Shown: positions 1-15,700, numbered from the stretch's first letter. The stretch: DNA of 64,000 nt from Lingula anatina (GCA_051362555.1 CM120640.1:69790788-69854787), one strand, 5' to 3'. Notes: generated by a model not told the origin, from the letters alone. Numbers and translations are program-made.

Positions 1-3000
1 AAGATAGATTTCAGATTACACACATGCACCATCTGAAGCTTTCAACTTTTTTTACCCTTTCAAAATGAGAGAAAATCCATACATTTTAAACTCTGTTTTG
101 ATCATTATGCTATTTTCGTGGCAATTAAGTCATGCAGACCACTTGCAGTCAGGACTGTAATCACAAACTGTATAAGAAAAAGATGTATAAAATAAACAGC
201 TCTAGTGCTATCTCCTAGTGTTTGCCTTCATTGCAATTAAATCACTGGTATAAGACCACTGAAATAAGGGTCATTTTGAATTGTTCTGCTAGGATACCTA
301 GCAGCCATTACTGACTGTTTTGTCCAGCTTCTTGGCTGACTTGATCAATACGATTCACTCATCAAGCTAGCAAAGGCATTCTGTGCATCTGTTCAACAAT
401 AATTTTCTTTTTGGTATTAATCAATAATAACCAACGAAGTTATGTGGACTTGTGCTGTGACATAGCTGAGGCCCATGGGCTTTTGTTGTGAGGCTCACTG
501 TCATATATAGCTAAGGCACAGGGATCGTGTTTTAAGATGGGTGAAGTTTAGATTCTGGCTCGTATTTGTACAGATGGAGGCCACCTGGTGGCAGCTGGTC
601 AAAAGATTGGTTCATACTTTTATCAGTATGACTTTTTTCACCCAGAGAGTGTCATATAGGTACTGACCATGTTAACGTGTCCATAACCAGCCTGGTTTCA
701 GTCTGCAATGTAAGCCACTGGTCCTACACTCGTGGCTTGTAAAATTTTTATTTGAATCAGTGAATCCTGATTTGGACTAGTAGATTTTCGGAAAGCGGTG
801 GTACGCGTGGCCAGTGAGCTGAAAAGTTCATGGCACTGCCACACAGACTGGTGGTGTATTGTCTTATAGGGCTACTTACCACAGGAAGTCAGATGGAAAG
901 ACCCATGTCCAAACTGGTTCATTATTGTATAACAAGGGGAAGTGTACCTGCTAATAATAGGAATTAAGTATGCAAGGTGTCAGCCAGATATGAAAATTGG
1001 CAGCTTCATTTGGAAGATGTTTTTGTATCCGTTGCCATGTTATTCAAAACTTTATTTTTTTGGTCTTACACGAAAGCTGATTGTGCCAAAAGCTTTTTCA
1101 GTGGTGATGTCTTTCATAAGTTGATTTATTAAAAAATCCAATATTTGCAAAAAATATTGAAATATGTTGGTGTTGTTTTTGCAAGTTGCTTATTTAACTG
1201 GGTGACACAACTGCTATATGACTGTTGAAGAGATATATCACGCAATTGTGCATGAATGTGTATGCATTTATGTTGAGCAATTAAATAACACTGAAATATG
1301 CCTGTCTGGAAATGCTCTTGCTTTATCCTTGAAATGCTAAAGTTCTGTAATTTGACTCTAAATGACTAATTACTTCACATTAATCTCTCTTTGTTGTTTT
1401 GAATTGTTTGGCACTCATTAAAACTATTGCAATGTTAATTAGTTCATTTTCCATTGGTCAGGAATTTCAGATAATTGTCTAATTACCCATTCTAACAGGG
1501 AAGTAAGTTGGGATGAAGCTAGCTTTGACTCTTTCACCCTGCTAGCAAAAATATTGTTTTTATTGACATTACTTTTCAACAGCTGTATTGATGCATTGCC
1601 CTGTATTGATTTTATACAGATTCACCTGGATTTTAGTCCGCGTTCAGCAAAGCACAATGTCTTATACCAATAGCTAAACATAGCAGGGAACATTGGAGTG
1701 TGATTAAAGATGGGTGAGGCAAATGACCTCTGTTCATTCATGAGGCTGTTAGTGTGGCTTATTAAAACATACTTGGCACGTACTTGGACTGGATGATCTA
1801 TAAAGTGTGGATTGTTTTCTCCCTGTCTGGATGTCTGTCTGTCTGTCGAGAAGAGGTTGTTGTGACAGCACAAGTTTGTGCCTGTCTGTAGAAGATAGGC
1901 TTGATAAATTACTGGACTACTTTCACTTAGGTAAATGTAACAGATGTACCAGAATTATCCGATTGTTTGTTTTCAGACAATTTTCCTATTTAAATACTAC
2001 ATTTTCTGGGTGGTATTCCTGACTTAGCAGCCCCCAGACGCCTGTCCTAAAGGCCATCAAGCCATTTCTTTCTAGTTTTTTCTCACAACCTAAAATCATG
2101 TCTGCATTTTCAAAAGTAAAAGTGAGAAGTTGGATTTTCCCCTTGGCACAACCTTGGCTAGTAATTTGAATTCTGTCAAGAAGAGATAATACAAGTATAA
2201 CTTTGCTGGCTTCAGTTTGACAGCCATAATTGATGACAGCTTTACCAGTCTCTGTTAGTATAACATTATCAAGTAAGTCCCCTTTATGAATGAGTCACTG
2301 TTATAGAACTTATTATTTGGCTTACCAGTCTTTTAAAATGGCATCCCCACCTACATTGTTTTAATGGAAGTTATTCTGCAGTAGGTCTCAAAATCTTTAA
2401 CTGACTTTTGATAACATGTAGTCATAAATGTTCGTATAACCTTTTAAGTAAAGAGAAGTCCTAAAAAAAACCCTTCCAATTTGTTCACCCACACAGTAGA
2501 ATATCAATGTTTTCCTCTGATGTGCCATACATCATTTCACCAGGCTTATAACCACAAATCTCTTTATTTTGCTCCAGACACCTTCAGTGAATCATTTTAT
2601 GTGCATATTTCTTTTATTATGTAGCAATTGTTGGTTATCATTGTATTGCCATGTTTACCTAGATTGTTTAGATTGAACTGCACACAAAGCCGAATTATTG
2701 ACAAAGCCATTTCAACTCATTTTGAGGCCCACACAAAACAAATATGCCAGATTACAATTTTATAGTGTACCTGGACCCCTGAAAATTACTTGAATATTGT
2801 AAATATGTGATTGTATTCAGGAGCACACTGGAATATTGTTCAGGGCACATATCAGCCAGGACCAGCTATAGAACAGGGTCACCACATTTGGTTGGAGTAT
2901 TCAATGAGTATTTGTTGCTTCATCTATTTACAAGCATATTTTAGGTCTGGTAATTGTAATGAATTATTACCTGGCAGTTGTAACAGTCCAAGCTGCAGTA

Positions 3001-3680
3001 GTTGACCATGTACTCCTTTGAAAAAAGGCTGTACCAAGAAGTCATGGAGAGAACCTCAATGACAGGATTTATTAGACCATACAGATCTTTATTTAAATTA
3101 GACCATTATTACATGATTTTAATACCAGTTCAAATTTCTGTTTATTTATTGGTTTTGTAACTCTCACAGCTACTTCCACAAGTGTGATGTTATTAGGTAA
3201 AATCTCTCCTCTGGGTACTTCTCTCCACAGATACATGACCATGTGCAGTAACGACTGTTGTATATCATATTATCTTTTAATAGGTGTCTGTGTCTTATTT
3301 TATGGTAGATTATCCTTCTGAATAGACACAAGCACAAACATTATAATAAGGCTGGTTTCTGGGAGACCAAATCAACTGTACTCAAGATCAAAGTCGAGTT
3401 ATCTGTAATATCATGTATTTGAAGACCCCCATAAAATTCTTTATAATGCAAATGTGCGTGTGGAAGGTGTGTTATGTTGGAATAACTTTGGTAATGAAAT
3501 TGTTTTCACAGCTTTGATTCATGTACAAGGTCACCAGGATTACTGTAGTCTAGTGTTTGGAACTGTGTATGTGTGTGTGCATGGTTATAAATTCAATCTG
3601 TCTCACACTGTCAAAGTGCTGACCTGCAAGACGTGAGTATGTATGTATGTACGCATTATGTTGTATGTAAATCTTTTTTG

Positions 3681-5647
3681 TTATGTACAGACACAGATGT
3701 GTCTGTACATATTGCCATCACCTGCGTCTGTCGTCGCCGTCGCCGTCGCCGATCATGTCGCCGTCGCCGTCGCCGTGCACTTTCAGCGTTAACACCATAA
3801 GTGGAAGACAGTTTTACTTTTTGGCTTTATATTTACAGAGCTGACTAATATTCATAAAACGCAGGTCAAGTTCGAAAATCAGCATGATCGGGCCATTATT
3901 GTAGAATTTATGCTGTTTTTTCACTTTTTAGCATATATGCAACACTGTTAACACATTTCAAGGAAAACCGATAGGCCTGTTGTCATGAAACTCACAGGAG
4001 TAATCAGTCTTACTAAAACGCAGATCAAGTTCGAAAATCGGCATGATCGGGCCACTATTTTAGTAGTTATGCTGTTTTTTCACTTTTCAGCATATATGCA
4101 ACACTGTTAACACATTTCAAGGAAAACCGATAGACCTGTTGTCATGAAACTCACAGGAGTAATCAATCTTACTAAAACGCAGGTCAAGTTCGAAAATCGG
4201 CATGATCGGGCCACCATTTTACTAGTTATGCTGTTTTTTACACTTTTCAGCATATATGCAACACTGTAAACACAATATAAGAAAAACAGATGGGCCAATT
4301 GTCATGAAAGTCACAGGAGTGGTCAATTTTACTAAAATGCAGGTTGAGTTCGTAAATCAGCATAATCGTGCCATTATTTTAGAAGGTATGCTGTTTTTTC
4401 ACATTTCCTCAGATTCAATTTTCAGGCATGTTAACAGTCTCATTATTAAACTAATAAGATACGTGAAAGTGTTTGTTTGACATTTCCTGCATCTTTACAA
4501 CATTGTTAGTTGATTTTGTAAAAATGATGGTAAACATGTTATCGTGTATTGTGTAATAAAGTTTCAAAAATGGAAATAAACTCATATCATTGCAATTTGT
4601 CAGATTCAATCATTCACTATGTTCAGAATCTCAGAATGGAAGAAATTGGACATTTAACACTGCTCTGTTGATACTTTTCTCATCTCATCAATTTTCTTAG
4701 TTGATCATGTAAAAATGGCAGTAAACTGTTAATTTTGTTTTATGTTAAAAATTGTTAAAAATGGGGAAAAAAACATTTCAGAACAGTGCTGTCTTGTTTA
4801 CATTTTGGCATTTTCAAGTTGTGACTTTGAAGTTCCATGGGCCTGAAGACCTTTGCTAGTCACATTTTCTGAATATCCATGATACTAATATTTTATTATT
4901 AAAAATTGATGGTCATTATGCTGTTAAACATTATGTAACATTGCATCAAAATTTGAAAAAAAAACTATTTTGGGCACTGCTCCCATGATTACCTTTTAAG
5001 AAAAACCATGTCACTTACTGTTCTCAAACTTACAGGAAAGAAACATGGGACTAAAATACAGCTTCAGTAGGCAATGCAATCTGCCAGATAAAAAACAGTT
5101 TTTTTTTTGTGAAAATTTAATTTTTCACATATTGGCATTTTCAAGGTGTGACTTTGAAGTTCCACAGGCTTGAAGACCCAGGCTAGTCACATTTTCTGAA
5201 AATCCATGATACATATATTTTGTTATTAAAAATTGATTGTCATTATGCTGTTAACCATTATGTAATATTGCATCAGAATAGAAGAAAACACAATTTTGGG
5301 TGCTGCTGCCATGATGACCATTATGGGAAAACCATGTTACTTATGATTGCCAAACTTTCAAAAAAGAAATACAGGACTGAAATGCAGCCTGAGTTGGAAA
5401 AGCAGTCTAATTGACTTCTTTTTCTGGAAGTTTTACATTTTCAAAGTGTGAACTTGAACTCCCATGGGCCTGAAGCTTTATGCTTGTTTCACATTTTACT
5501 TACATTGGTATTACCTGTTGAGCATAATTAAAATTTGATGTTGAATTTGCAGTTTAACATAATGTACTTTTGCATCAGAATTGACAGTAGCCTATTTTGT
5601 TATTTCCTGCTTTTTGTCTGTACATTTGACAGCTTTGCTGCCTTGTT
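3681..5647 (+). mobile_element. Non-autonomous Helentron-associated element (HINE/DINE-1-like), family A
   Basis: T-run, 5' hairpin atgtacagaca-caga-tgtgtctgtacat, (gtcgcc)n microsatellite, about 159-bp internal tandem units, 3' subTIR tgtctgtacat + small hairpin + cttgtt; no TSD. Confidence 0.75.
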
Positions 5648-6736
5648 GCTGGAAGTGTTCTTGTGGTTTGTCCATAACCTTATTTTCTTAAATTTATATT
5701 TTTAAGTCACTTTGTTAATGCTCATTTAAGGCAAGTTTATGGTCTTAATTGGTAAAGGTTAGATTGAGTTACATATTAGTCTCCATTTTAGTCATCCATT
5801 GAGTTGTTAGAGACTCATTTTTACAATGGTCAACTGTTGAAATGTTGCAGTGACCATCTACAGTACCACTCTGATGTTAGATCAGTTATATCTGAATTAG
5901 AGCGCATTCTCAACGAATTAAGCCAGGCTTTACAAAGCCAGTGACCTAAAAATGGCGGACGTACATGAAAGAAGACAGTGACTGTCATTAGACCCAGACT
6001 AATTCAGATAAAAATTAATTGATCTTACATGAACTATTAGATGATGGTGGTTTTTAAGTTCCAGTATTTATAATACTTTATGTCACTGTAATGAGGTTAT
6101 TTTGATGACATATTTTAGACCAGTATTGGGTCTAAACACGTATAGGTCTTAACACAGCTTCCAATGTTGGCCACTGTCATGTGTTTTCCCCATATTTCCC
6201 ATGTCCATGTCCCTGACACTTCTCCTTTGGACTGCCCTAGGTCAGACAGGCTTTCACCCAACCCTATAACATACACAGTGAACACAGCAAAGTGACAGCA
6301 GGCAGAGACCCCATGTGTATGTACAGCATAAACTACTGGTCTCTGTCAGCACTTTGTGTGGTATTTACTGGTAGGTACAAAGTGGAGAGGAAGAGCAGTT
6401 TTATCTTCACATTATTATTGTCATCCTTTCATGTCTTGTCATGTCAGGATCATTGTCATGTCATTTTGATCTCTTCATCATACTTTTATGTAGCATGCTC
6501 TAACCCATAGTAGCTGATAGCATTTATTGTGTGGTTGTGATGGGGTCTCTTTCTGATGAAGAGGGGTGGTCCTGAGAAGGACATTTTTCTATGAAATTGC
6601 CATCAGACAGTTAGGTAATCCATTGATCAGTCTTTTAGTGTGAGACAAGTGTGCCTTAATTTACTACAATATTATAGTTTAGGTCAAAACATAGTTATAA
6701 AATTAACTTTTTCTCTTGGTTTTTCAGGCCAGCAGC

Positions 6737-6907
6737 ATGTCTAAGGTGTTCACCAGCTGTATCTGTAAGAACAAGCAGGACGAAGATGTCAGGGTGCTGG
6801 ACTATCGTCACTGTAGCCTCAATGAGGTCCCCAGGGAGATCTTCAACTTTGAACGCACACTGGAGGAGCTGTATGTGGGGGCTAACCAAATCAAGGACTT
6901 GCCTAGG
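6737..6907 (+). CDS. LAP gene coding exon 1 (start, first LRR)
   Basis: Acceptor ttttcag ending 6727, ATG 6737, [11 protein letters not shown]...QIKDLPR, donor gtaagg. Confidence 0.9.
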
Positions 6908-7814
6908 GTAAGGTTGGAGGGAGGAGATGGGGGGGGGGGTGTATAACATGTAGTCTGAGGGTCCTTTTCTACTGTTATGTTATTAACATTATAATGGAAA
7001 TCAAGTAATATTCTAAAGACAGGCTGTCAGAACTGCTTGACGTCACACTGGACAATCAGATTCATACAGAAGATTGTAAGTTAGGGATGTCCAAGGTTAC
7101 AGCCTCATTGTCTGTGAATGTGGTCAAGTCTGATTTTCAGTGTTAATTAATTTTTAACCTTAACTAACTGATGGCCATCATATCATGGCATGATAACAAC
7201 TACATTGAATGTGAGTGCAGAGTAAAAGCCACCAAGTTTTCTGATACTCATGTTGGCTGCTGTGCATTTCAAAATAAATGTTTTCTGTAAGTTAGGGACT
7301 CTGTCAATAAAACCTTACCAAATTCTCCCTTTTTTTAACCTTTAGAATATTCAACTTGTTTACTTTCTCTTATATCTGCCAAGCCTATTCTGAATTAACA
7401 GGGTAAGTGATGTATCACAGCCTAGCCACAGTGGTAGAGGAGGCATTCAAGTGGTTTACCACATGTTGGCTATTTATTTCGTTGCACTCTTTATAGTGAA
7501 TATTTAAAGGTTTGCCACAACTTGTGCTCAATGGAGGGAATCCTTTTCACTAAAAAACCTGAAAGAATTATTAAAGGCACTGAATTATAATGTAAAATTA
7601 GATGTTTAATGTAAATATTTATATATTTCTTTAAAACTTGTTTTGGTTAACATAGGACATATACAGAAATTTATTTTTTAATTTGATGAACAGTTTATTG
7701 TGTGGTCTACCCCAGACTTGTATGAAATTGAAATGCTTGCAATACACCATGGGATTGGTAAGGTATGGTTGACCACAGACTCATTAGTTATGATACTATG
7801 ATAATATGTCATGT

Positions 7815-7858
<44 letters not shown>

Positions 7859-8046
7859 AGGAGAGAGATGTAAGAAGAAGAATTGTAACATTTAATCCTT
7901 CTGTTTCTTATGTTCTCAGGAGTTGTTTTATTGTCATGGGTTAAAGAAACTGAACCTCAGTGACAACGAGATCACATCCATCCCTCCCGCCATAGCCAGC
8001 TTGGTTAACCTGGAGCATCTGGATATCAGCAAAAATGGTACGTGAC

Positions 8047-8082
<36 letters not shown>

Positions 8083-11000
8083 TGTGCCTTTGACGTTTTT
8101 GTGTGTGCATGTGTGTGTGTGCCTCTGTGTGTATATGTGTGTGCCTCTGTGTGTTTACATGTGTGTATGTGTGTGCCTCTATGTGTGTTTGTGTGCATGT
8201 GTGTGCGTACCTGTGTGTGTGTGCCTCTATGTGTGTGTTTGTGTGTGTGCGGCATGCCTGTCTGTGTATCTTTCTGTCTGTCTGTCTGTCTTGGTGTGTG
8301 TGTTTGTATGCACATGCATTTATTCTGTGCATTTAAAGTATAATACTAATTTTATTTGTATTTAATTGTATATATCATGAATGTGAATTAAACGTGTATA
8401 TGTCACTCAGATTCACTATGGCGCTTCCTATGATTTAAACAAATATGAAATATTTGTTGGATAAATTTCCTTGTAAAAGGAAATGGTATTCAAGGCCCTG
8501 CTTACATCAGAGATTTTTTGTAATGTAAGCCACACAAACTATGTATGGATATATTTGTGCTCCATGTCTTTCTCCACAAACTAGAAAAATCACTCGCTGT
8601 TTAATAGAGAAAATCTATCCCTCAAAAGCTATCACATTCCTAGAGGAGGCTGTTGAACTCAGTGGGAAGCAGTAAACTTGATCTGATATTCAGTAGTAAC
8701 ACTCCATGTCAAAGTGATTACAAAAGACCTTATGTCTAAAATGTCAACTGTTGTAAGACAGTGTAATGTTGATGTGATAGGGAGAGTCAGTGGAGCATTT
8801 GTTATGCTTTTACAGCTATGTGAGCTGAATTTACTTAGTATTCTTTACTATTATTGCATAAACACAATTAAGGGGAATAGGGCATCTGAGGACAGTCTTT
8901 AAAACTGTTCATCGGAATGCAATTTTATGGTATTTCATTTTGTTAAACTCTGATTTCATTGGTGCAGGAGCTATCAAAATGGCCATCAAGAGGTAGTTCC
9001 TCCAACCCTTCATCTTTTTGTTTGTTATGCAAAGATTTCAGAAGGGGGGGGACTACAGGCTAAAAACAGAGAGGACTCCTATAAATCTCTTGTATAAGTC
9101 ACCTTGGCCTACTTTTCAAGGCCACAGATTTGTTCCCACACGAACCATTGGCCTCCTTGTTACTGTGGAAAATACAAATAAATATCACATACTTTCTTGA
9201 ATTTGAATGCTATATAAATCTTCTCTCTGTTATAGGTATACTAGATCTCCCAGAAAATATCAAATGTTGTAAATACCTCAGTGTTGTGGAAGCCAGTGTA
9301 AACCCACTGGGAAAGTAAGTACATCTTTTACTTTGATGGAAGCTTGGTTACCTCTTAGAAGGAAATCATAAATATTTCATTCAGGTGATCAAGCTTTATG
9401 CACATTTTACTTATGTGTATGTGGGATTTTTCTTTGTTGAATGAAAATACAAATGAAATTCTTAGAGTAGCTGAGTCAGTTTAAGTGATGAGAATTTTAA
9501 CACATAGTAAAAGTTCTCTGATGCTTTTTTTGTAGATGAATAAATGCTATTTTTTGACAAGTGCAGAATTATATTCCATACATTACATATTTCGCCACCG
9601 ATGCCAGATGAATGCTGAGATTCCTCTGATTTCAGGCTTCCTAAAGGCTTCACACAGCTTTTCAATCTAACCCATTAATTTCCCTCTGATTTCAGGCTTC
9701 CTGATGGCTTCACCCAGCTCCTCAATCTAACCCAGTTATTCCTCAATGACACATTCCTGGATTACTTACCTGGAAACTTTGGAAGGTAATCTCATTTCGG
9801 CACACAATTAAAAGTGAAACAAAGCTGATGATAGTTATGAACAGTAATAATGATAATGTTGATAAAAACAATAAAGTATTGCAAAAATCGCATAGTACCG
9901 AATGATATATATATTGAAGTATTTGAAGAATCCTTAAATCCATAACAAGTTATCATAGTGTGTAAGAAGTGTCAGAAGGTAGTAATTCTGCATATTTTTT
10001 TTGTCTGAGAACATCTGTGAATAATTGAATGTATTACTAGAGAATAGACCTTTAAGGTTTAAAGATCATCATCAGATACTAAAAAAATGTAACATCTTTT
10101 AAGGTCAAACCAAATGTCAATTAAATATATCAGGGTTCTGTTTGTAATATTTGGCAAAGCAATGCAAAATTTATATAATACTTATATAGTTCTTATGTTA
10201 TCTCTGAAACATCACTTTGAAAGAAACATTCTAATTTACTTTTGCAATATAGAAAAACTCTGATTATTGTAAGGTAATGAAAGTGGCAATGACTGTAATG
10301 GGATGCATATATTTTACTGAAAATTTCTGCAGGTTGTCCAAACTGAAGATTTTGGAAGTGCGAGAGAATCATTTGAAAACTCTTCCAAAGTCTATAAGCA
10401 GGCTGACAGAGCTGGAGAGACTAGATATAGGACAGAATGACTTTAGTGAACTGGTCAGTACCACAAATATTTCAGCAGCAAAATGAGACTTATTTTTTTT
10501 TATTTTTTTATTTTTTGTTTGTTTAATAATCTGTATGTGGGACATGATATATGGTAAGAGGGAGGAGTATAAATTGGAATTTAGGAATGTAATTGTTAAG
10601 CAACATCTTAGAGAAGTAAATGCAACTAACAATTTCTAATATCATTTAAATATGTGGCACCATCTATAGGAGCTGATATCACTTCTTTTCCATTGCAGCC
10701 TGAAGTTGTTGGCAGTCTTGTGAACCTCCTGGAACTATGGTGTGATTCTAACCAGATAACACAGTTACCAGCTGTAAGTAATGCCCCCAGCATTGCCCTT
10801 GTATTGTATTGTGTTGTATTGTGTTGTGTTGTGTTGTGTTGTTTTTGATTACTTGCTTACACTGCATCTGGAAGTAACACCCCCAGTCTCTCACAGTATT
10901 GGCAATGTATTGTATTTAGAAACATTGTAACACTGTAGCTGTAATAGCCCAACCTCTCACTGTATTGTCATTGTATTGTATTTGATGGCAAGGTAACAAT

Positions 11001-12719
11001 GTAGCTGAAAGTGGCATCATAACATTACAGTGTACTGTTGTGGGCATTTTTAATACTGGACTCGAGTTTGTGGCAGCACATGGGACAATATATCCTCATA
11101 GAATGAAACTAGTAGTATAGATGTATATCTGCCTCCTGACGTTTTATGTCTAAACACATCTAATTGAGGTTGGTAAAACATTACTTAGACTACTCTGTAG
11201 CTGTCACTTAACCTTTGTTAAGTATTTATGTTAATTTTTATTCCTCCAGGCGCTGGGGACCTGCAAGAACTTAATGTACTTAGATGCAACAAAGAACAGA
11301 ATAGACTGGATTGCACCAGAGATAGAGGGGTGTGTCTCCCTGTCAGACCTGCACCTCACTACCAATTTACTGGGAGAGTTGCCAGAGTCTATAGGTATGG
11401 AATGACAGAGAGGGGGGAACCTGGCTTGGTAGCAGGCTTTGTGTGAGATGAACTCTCTGACTTTAGTTTGTTAATGCTTTGGATTAAGATGTAGATGTAC
11501 AAGATACTTGTTAATGTTACACTGATGGATTATTTATCTTGTTCTTGGCAGTTACCAATGTATGAAATCAATTCGCTTGATTGCTAGATCTTGTCTGTTT
11601 TACTGAAAAAAAGCATGTCCTATAACTCATTCTTTAGGTTTTGTGGTAATAAAAAATATCATGTTTTTCTTATTTTTAGGTCGCCTGAGCAATCTGACTA
11701 CACTGAAAGTAGATGACAATCAGTTGACCTCATTACCATTTTCCATAGGAGGGTAAGCACATACGAGGACACTTATGAATTATTTTTGAGACAGCACTTC
11801 TTGTATGTAAAAAAGGACAGAGAATAGACATAGAGCTTTTTCTGCAGAAAGGCAGATCTGATGGTTCCTAAGTTTCGTCAAGATCTGCAATAAAATCTGT
11901 TCAGATTTTTTTTTTAAACCTAGGCTCATGACTGGAGAATCTTGTACTGCTTGTCAATACACTTATTGCTGTCTTTGTCTTTGTAAAATTTATACAGTCT
12001 TATGAAATATGAATATTAATCAAACTATGTCCCTTTCAGACTGGTATCTTTGTCAGAACTGAATGTGGCCGCCAATGACCTGGAGGAGATCCCCCCCAGT
12101 ATTGGTCTACTGCGCCACCTACGCACACTGATTGCAGATGAGAACTTCCTCATGGAACTGCCACCAGAGGTCAGCAGTTACACATATCATTTGTATATGA
12201 TATAAATAGGCATTGTACAAGTTTAAAGGAGCTTTCCCAGTTTGTGAATCATAATGCACAATCATGGAGCTATGATGTTGCTTTGAGAACATCCTTGAAA
12301 TTTCAAAGTATTGATTTCATAATTGTTTCAATCTTACCATTAAAGCCCAAAATGCTAAAGAAAGGTTCTCCTTTATGTGTAATAACATTATTTCCCGTTC
12401 TTCAGCTTGGAAGCTGCAGTGGTTTAACAGTCCTGTCTCTGAGAAGCAATAAACTGACCTACGTGCCAGATGAGATAGGCAGGATCCCCAGACTGAGGGT
12501 GCTGAACCTGGCGGGCAATGAAATCAGGGCCATACCCTACAGCTTCATGAAACTGAAGGAACTACAGGCCCTGTGGCTGGCTGAGAACCAGGTACTGGGA
12601 TAATAGGGAGGGGTGAAGATTACTTAGCTAACAGTGGATGGCCTTAAGGGTGTGGTGAACTGTGCCTATGTCAGGGTCTAGAAAGTCAGTGCCAATACAC
12701 AGGGAGGAAAAAAATTAAG

Positions 12720-12796
<77 letters not shown>

Positions 12797-15700
12797 TGTG
12801 TGTGTGAGAGAGAGAGAGAATCTGGACAAGTTTAAAGGAGCTTTCCCAGTTTGAGCAATTACAAATATTATTATGTATTATTATTGAAAAACAATTGAAG
12901 GTTGTCTGTTCTCTCCACCTGTCAGGCTCAGCCCCTGATCCGCCTTCAGAGTGATATAGATGTGGACACAGGGAAGAGAATGTTGACATGCTACCTGCTG
13001 CCTCAACAGGCTTCAAACCCTGAAGGTAACTTGCCAGGCAATACAAACAAGAGTAGCAATCATGATGTATGGCAGGGGCAGATTGAGACCGTCTTCTGGG
13101 TCTTCCAGGAGACGGTCAGATTTTAAAGTTTACATTGACGGGTATCTTTTTTTTTCTGTTGGAAGACCATCAAAAATGGAGGATAGATCAACAAAAATTA
13201 TTTGGAATACTGTCAGAAAATATCTCTGGATCCGCTCCTGTATGGCACAGATCTTGTTAAGCAGTTATTTTTACTGAACCCTTTCTCAATCAGCCTGTGT
13301 GTGTGAAAGGATTCTCACTGCCATATTTGTTCTCTGAATCTTTATTGGTAATGTACAGTAACTTAAGGGACAGCAAGCCTAAAAACATACAATCTTATGA
13401 CAGCTTTGAGAGAAGGTATGGAAAGGAAAACTATATTGTTTATTTCATGATTTAACCCATATAATTAACCTATTCACGTAAACTGTGTGACCTCCTTTCA
13501 GATATATACAGTGATGACAACAGTTTCCATCCGTCCATGTGGGAGGAGGAGAACAGGAACAGGCGGGTTATACAGTTCGACTTTGGAGATCAACCGGATC
13601 CTGAGGTGGTGAGTTCAGTTATACCTTATATATATGTATGAACATATATGGGGCCATTCAGAATGAGAAGAGCCAAGTGCTAGCTGGTCCACGGCCTAAT
13701 TATGGTGGACCTACATAAAAGGAAGACCGCTTAATCCTGTAATGGTCTCTCTGCCTCTTTCACGCCTCCCCATACATCATCCCTGTAGGGACACAGTAAT
13801 TAAATCTCCTTTCGTCTGCCATATTTAGGCTGTGGAGCAGCTAGCACTCGGCTCTTCTCATTATGCATGGCCCCTATGTCTATGCTACCTTGTGATACCC
13901 CAGGGGAGTTCCATTGGGTGATATGGTATGCTCCTTTGCATCATGGTCTATGTATTAAATGGCTTTCTATATCAGGTTTGTGATGATTTGTTTTTCATGT
14001 ATTCTGTAGATTGAATTTGGCACTTTTAGTTCTTGTACATTTGCACTGTATTGCGTGTTGTGTATTACATTCATTCAATTCATATTAGTGTGTTTCATTT
14101 TCAATTAACATATCAGATGTAACTTGCAGTTTTGAAAATTTGACTGTCATAGTTCTCATTCTTGATTAATGTTAGTGAGCTTACAATTTTCAGAACCATT
14201 AGGTTTTAAACACTGCTTTTTTTTACCTCACATAATATTTCCTGGATGTTTGGTTTTAGTTTAAACAAGAACCAAGAAAGGTAACTTCAGACATTAGGCA
14301 ACTCAAAACCTGTTTTTTAGCTAAAATAGAAATACTAATAAAGAAAAGTGTTTTAGCATGTTTCTTTGTTTGCCATTGGCAGCTATGACATTTGCATTCA
14401 CATTTGCAATGTGTCGATGTTTGTCTTTTGTTCCTAGAGAGTGCATGTTTGTGTGGCAGCATTGGACACTTATTTATTGATCTTTGGACAATAGTAGAAT
14501 TAACATAATGAGGTCTATAGAGGTATAATCCATCGTAAAAAAAGAAAAAAAAATGTCAAACATACTGGCGTGTTGCAGTTTGAGACCCAAGATGTGAAAA
14601 TATTGATCAAGTTGTTTTATTGAACTGTTCTATGAGTGCATGCTGTAGGCATTTGCATGGTGTTTGACTATTTTATCTAAATGAAGCATATATTATGTCA
14701 TTAGAAGCAGGTCTGTGGATTTAGAGCTTTGTATTAGGTGTGGGACTTGGTCTGTATGACTGTTAATGCACATGCGCATGTATATTCAAGTCAACATATT
14801 CAATTCCCCTTTAATCTGCAATAACCAGATAAACATTCCCCCTTCTCTAACCTGCCATATTCAGATAAACATTTCCCTTTCTCTTATTCGCCATATTTAG
14901 ATAAACATTCCCCTTTCTCTAACTTGCCATATTCAAATAAATGGTCCTTTTTTCCTAACCAATTCCTTTTAAAGCCAATCCCTTTATTATACTATCTTAA
15001 TGATTCCTTGAAATATAGTTAAGATTTTAAAGTGAAGGTGATCATTCTTTGACCCTCTAAAACCATTCTCTTTATGTCTGATTTCTCACAAAAACTTCTC
15101 AACCTATGAATTCTTCCATTTAGAATGATGCCATCCTGTTTAATTGACACAAAAGAAAACTACAATCATTATTACAGACAAATTAATGATAAAATGGTTA
15201 TAAAGATTTCATTTTAAATGGTACAGAGAAAAAGTAAGATGAAAACACAGAAATAAGATAAGAAACAGGGGCACAACCAAGTGAGACTGTAATAACATGA
15301 ATTTAATGATTGATAACGTCTTCAGATCAAGCTGAGCCGAGTTCCAACGCCATATCCAAAGGAAATGAAAGAGAAGCTGAGGCACACGCGGAATATGCAA
15401 ATGAGGCAGTTAATAACCAATGGAGACGTGCGGTGGAATTCTTCATCTGGGAGAGGTCCTGACGCAGTGGATGGAGAGCAGGGAGAGGTAAGAGGGGGAG
15501 GCGGGATTTGTTGAGTAAACAGTGCTTTGTTGAATATAAAACAGAACACAAGATGATGCAGCTTGTTTGTTTATTTTGAAACTCTTCTTGATTTAAGCTT
15601 TATAGATCTAGGAACTGTTTTGAAACATAATTCTTAATTACTCTCTAAAAGACTGATATGAATTAACCATCATTCCCTAAGGATTACTTTTTTTCGTTGG

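Noticed and set aside
1-3680. Short ORFs and possible upstream exons or promoter of the LAP gene
   Set aside because: No coding signal I can support; probably 5'UTR intron. Non-coding exons cannot be placed without transcript data
7934-8365. Several 77-132 aa ORFs (HTHT/CVCV-rich); also 12678..13046
   Set aside because: Translations of TG/CA microsatellites
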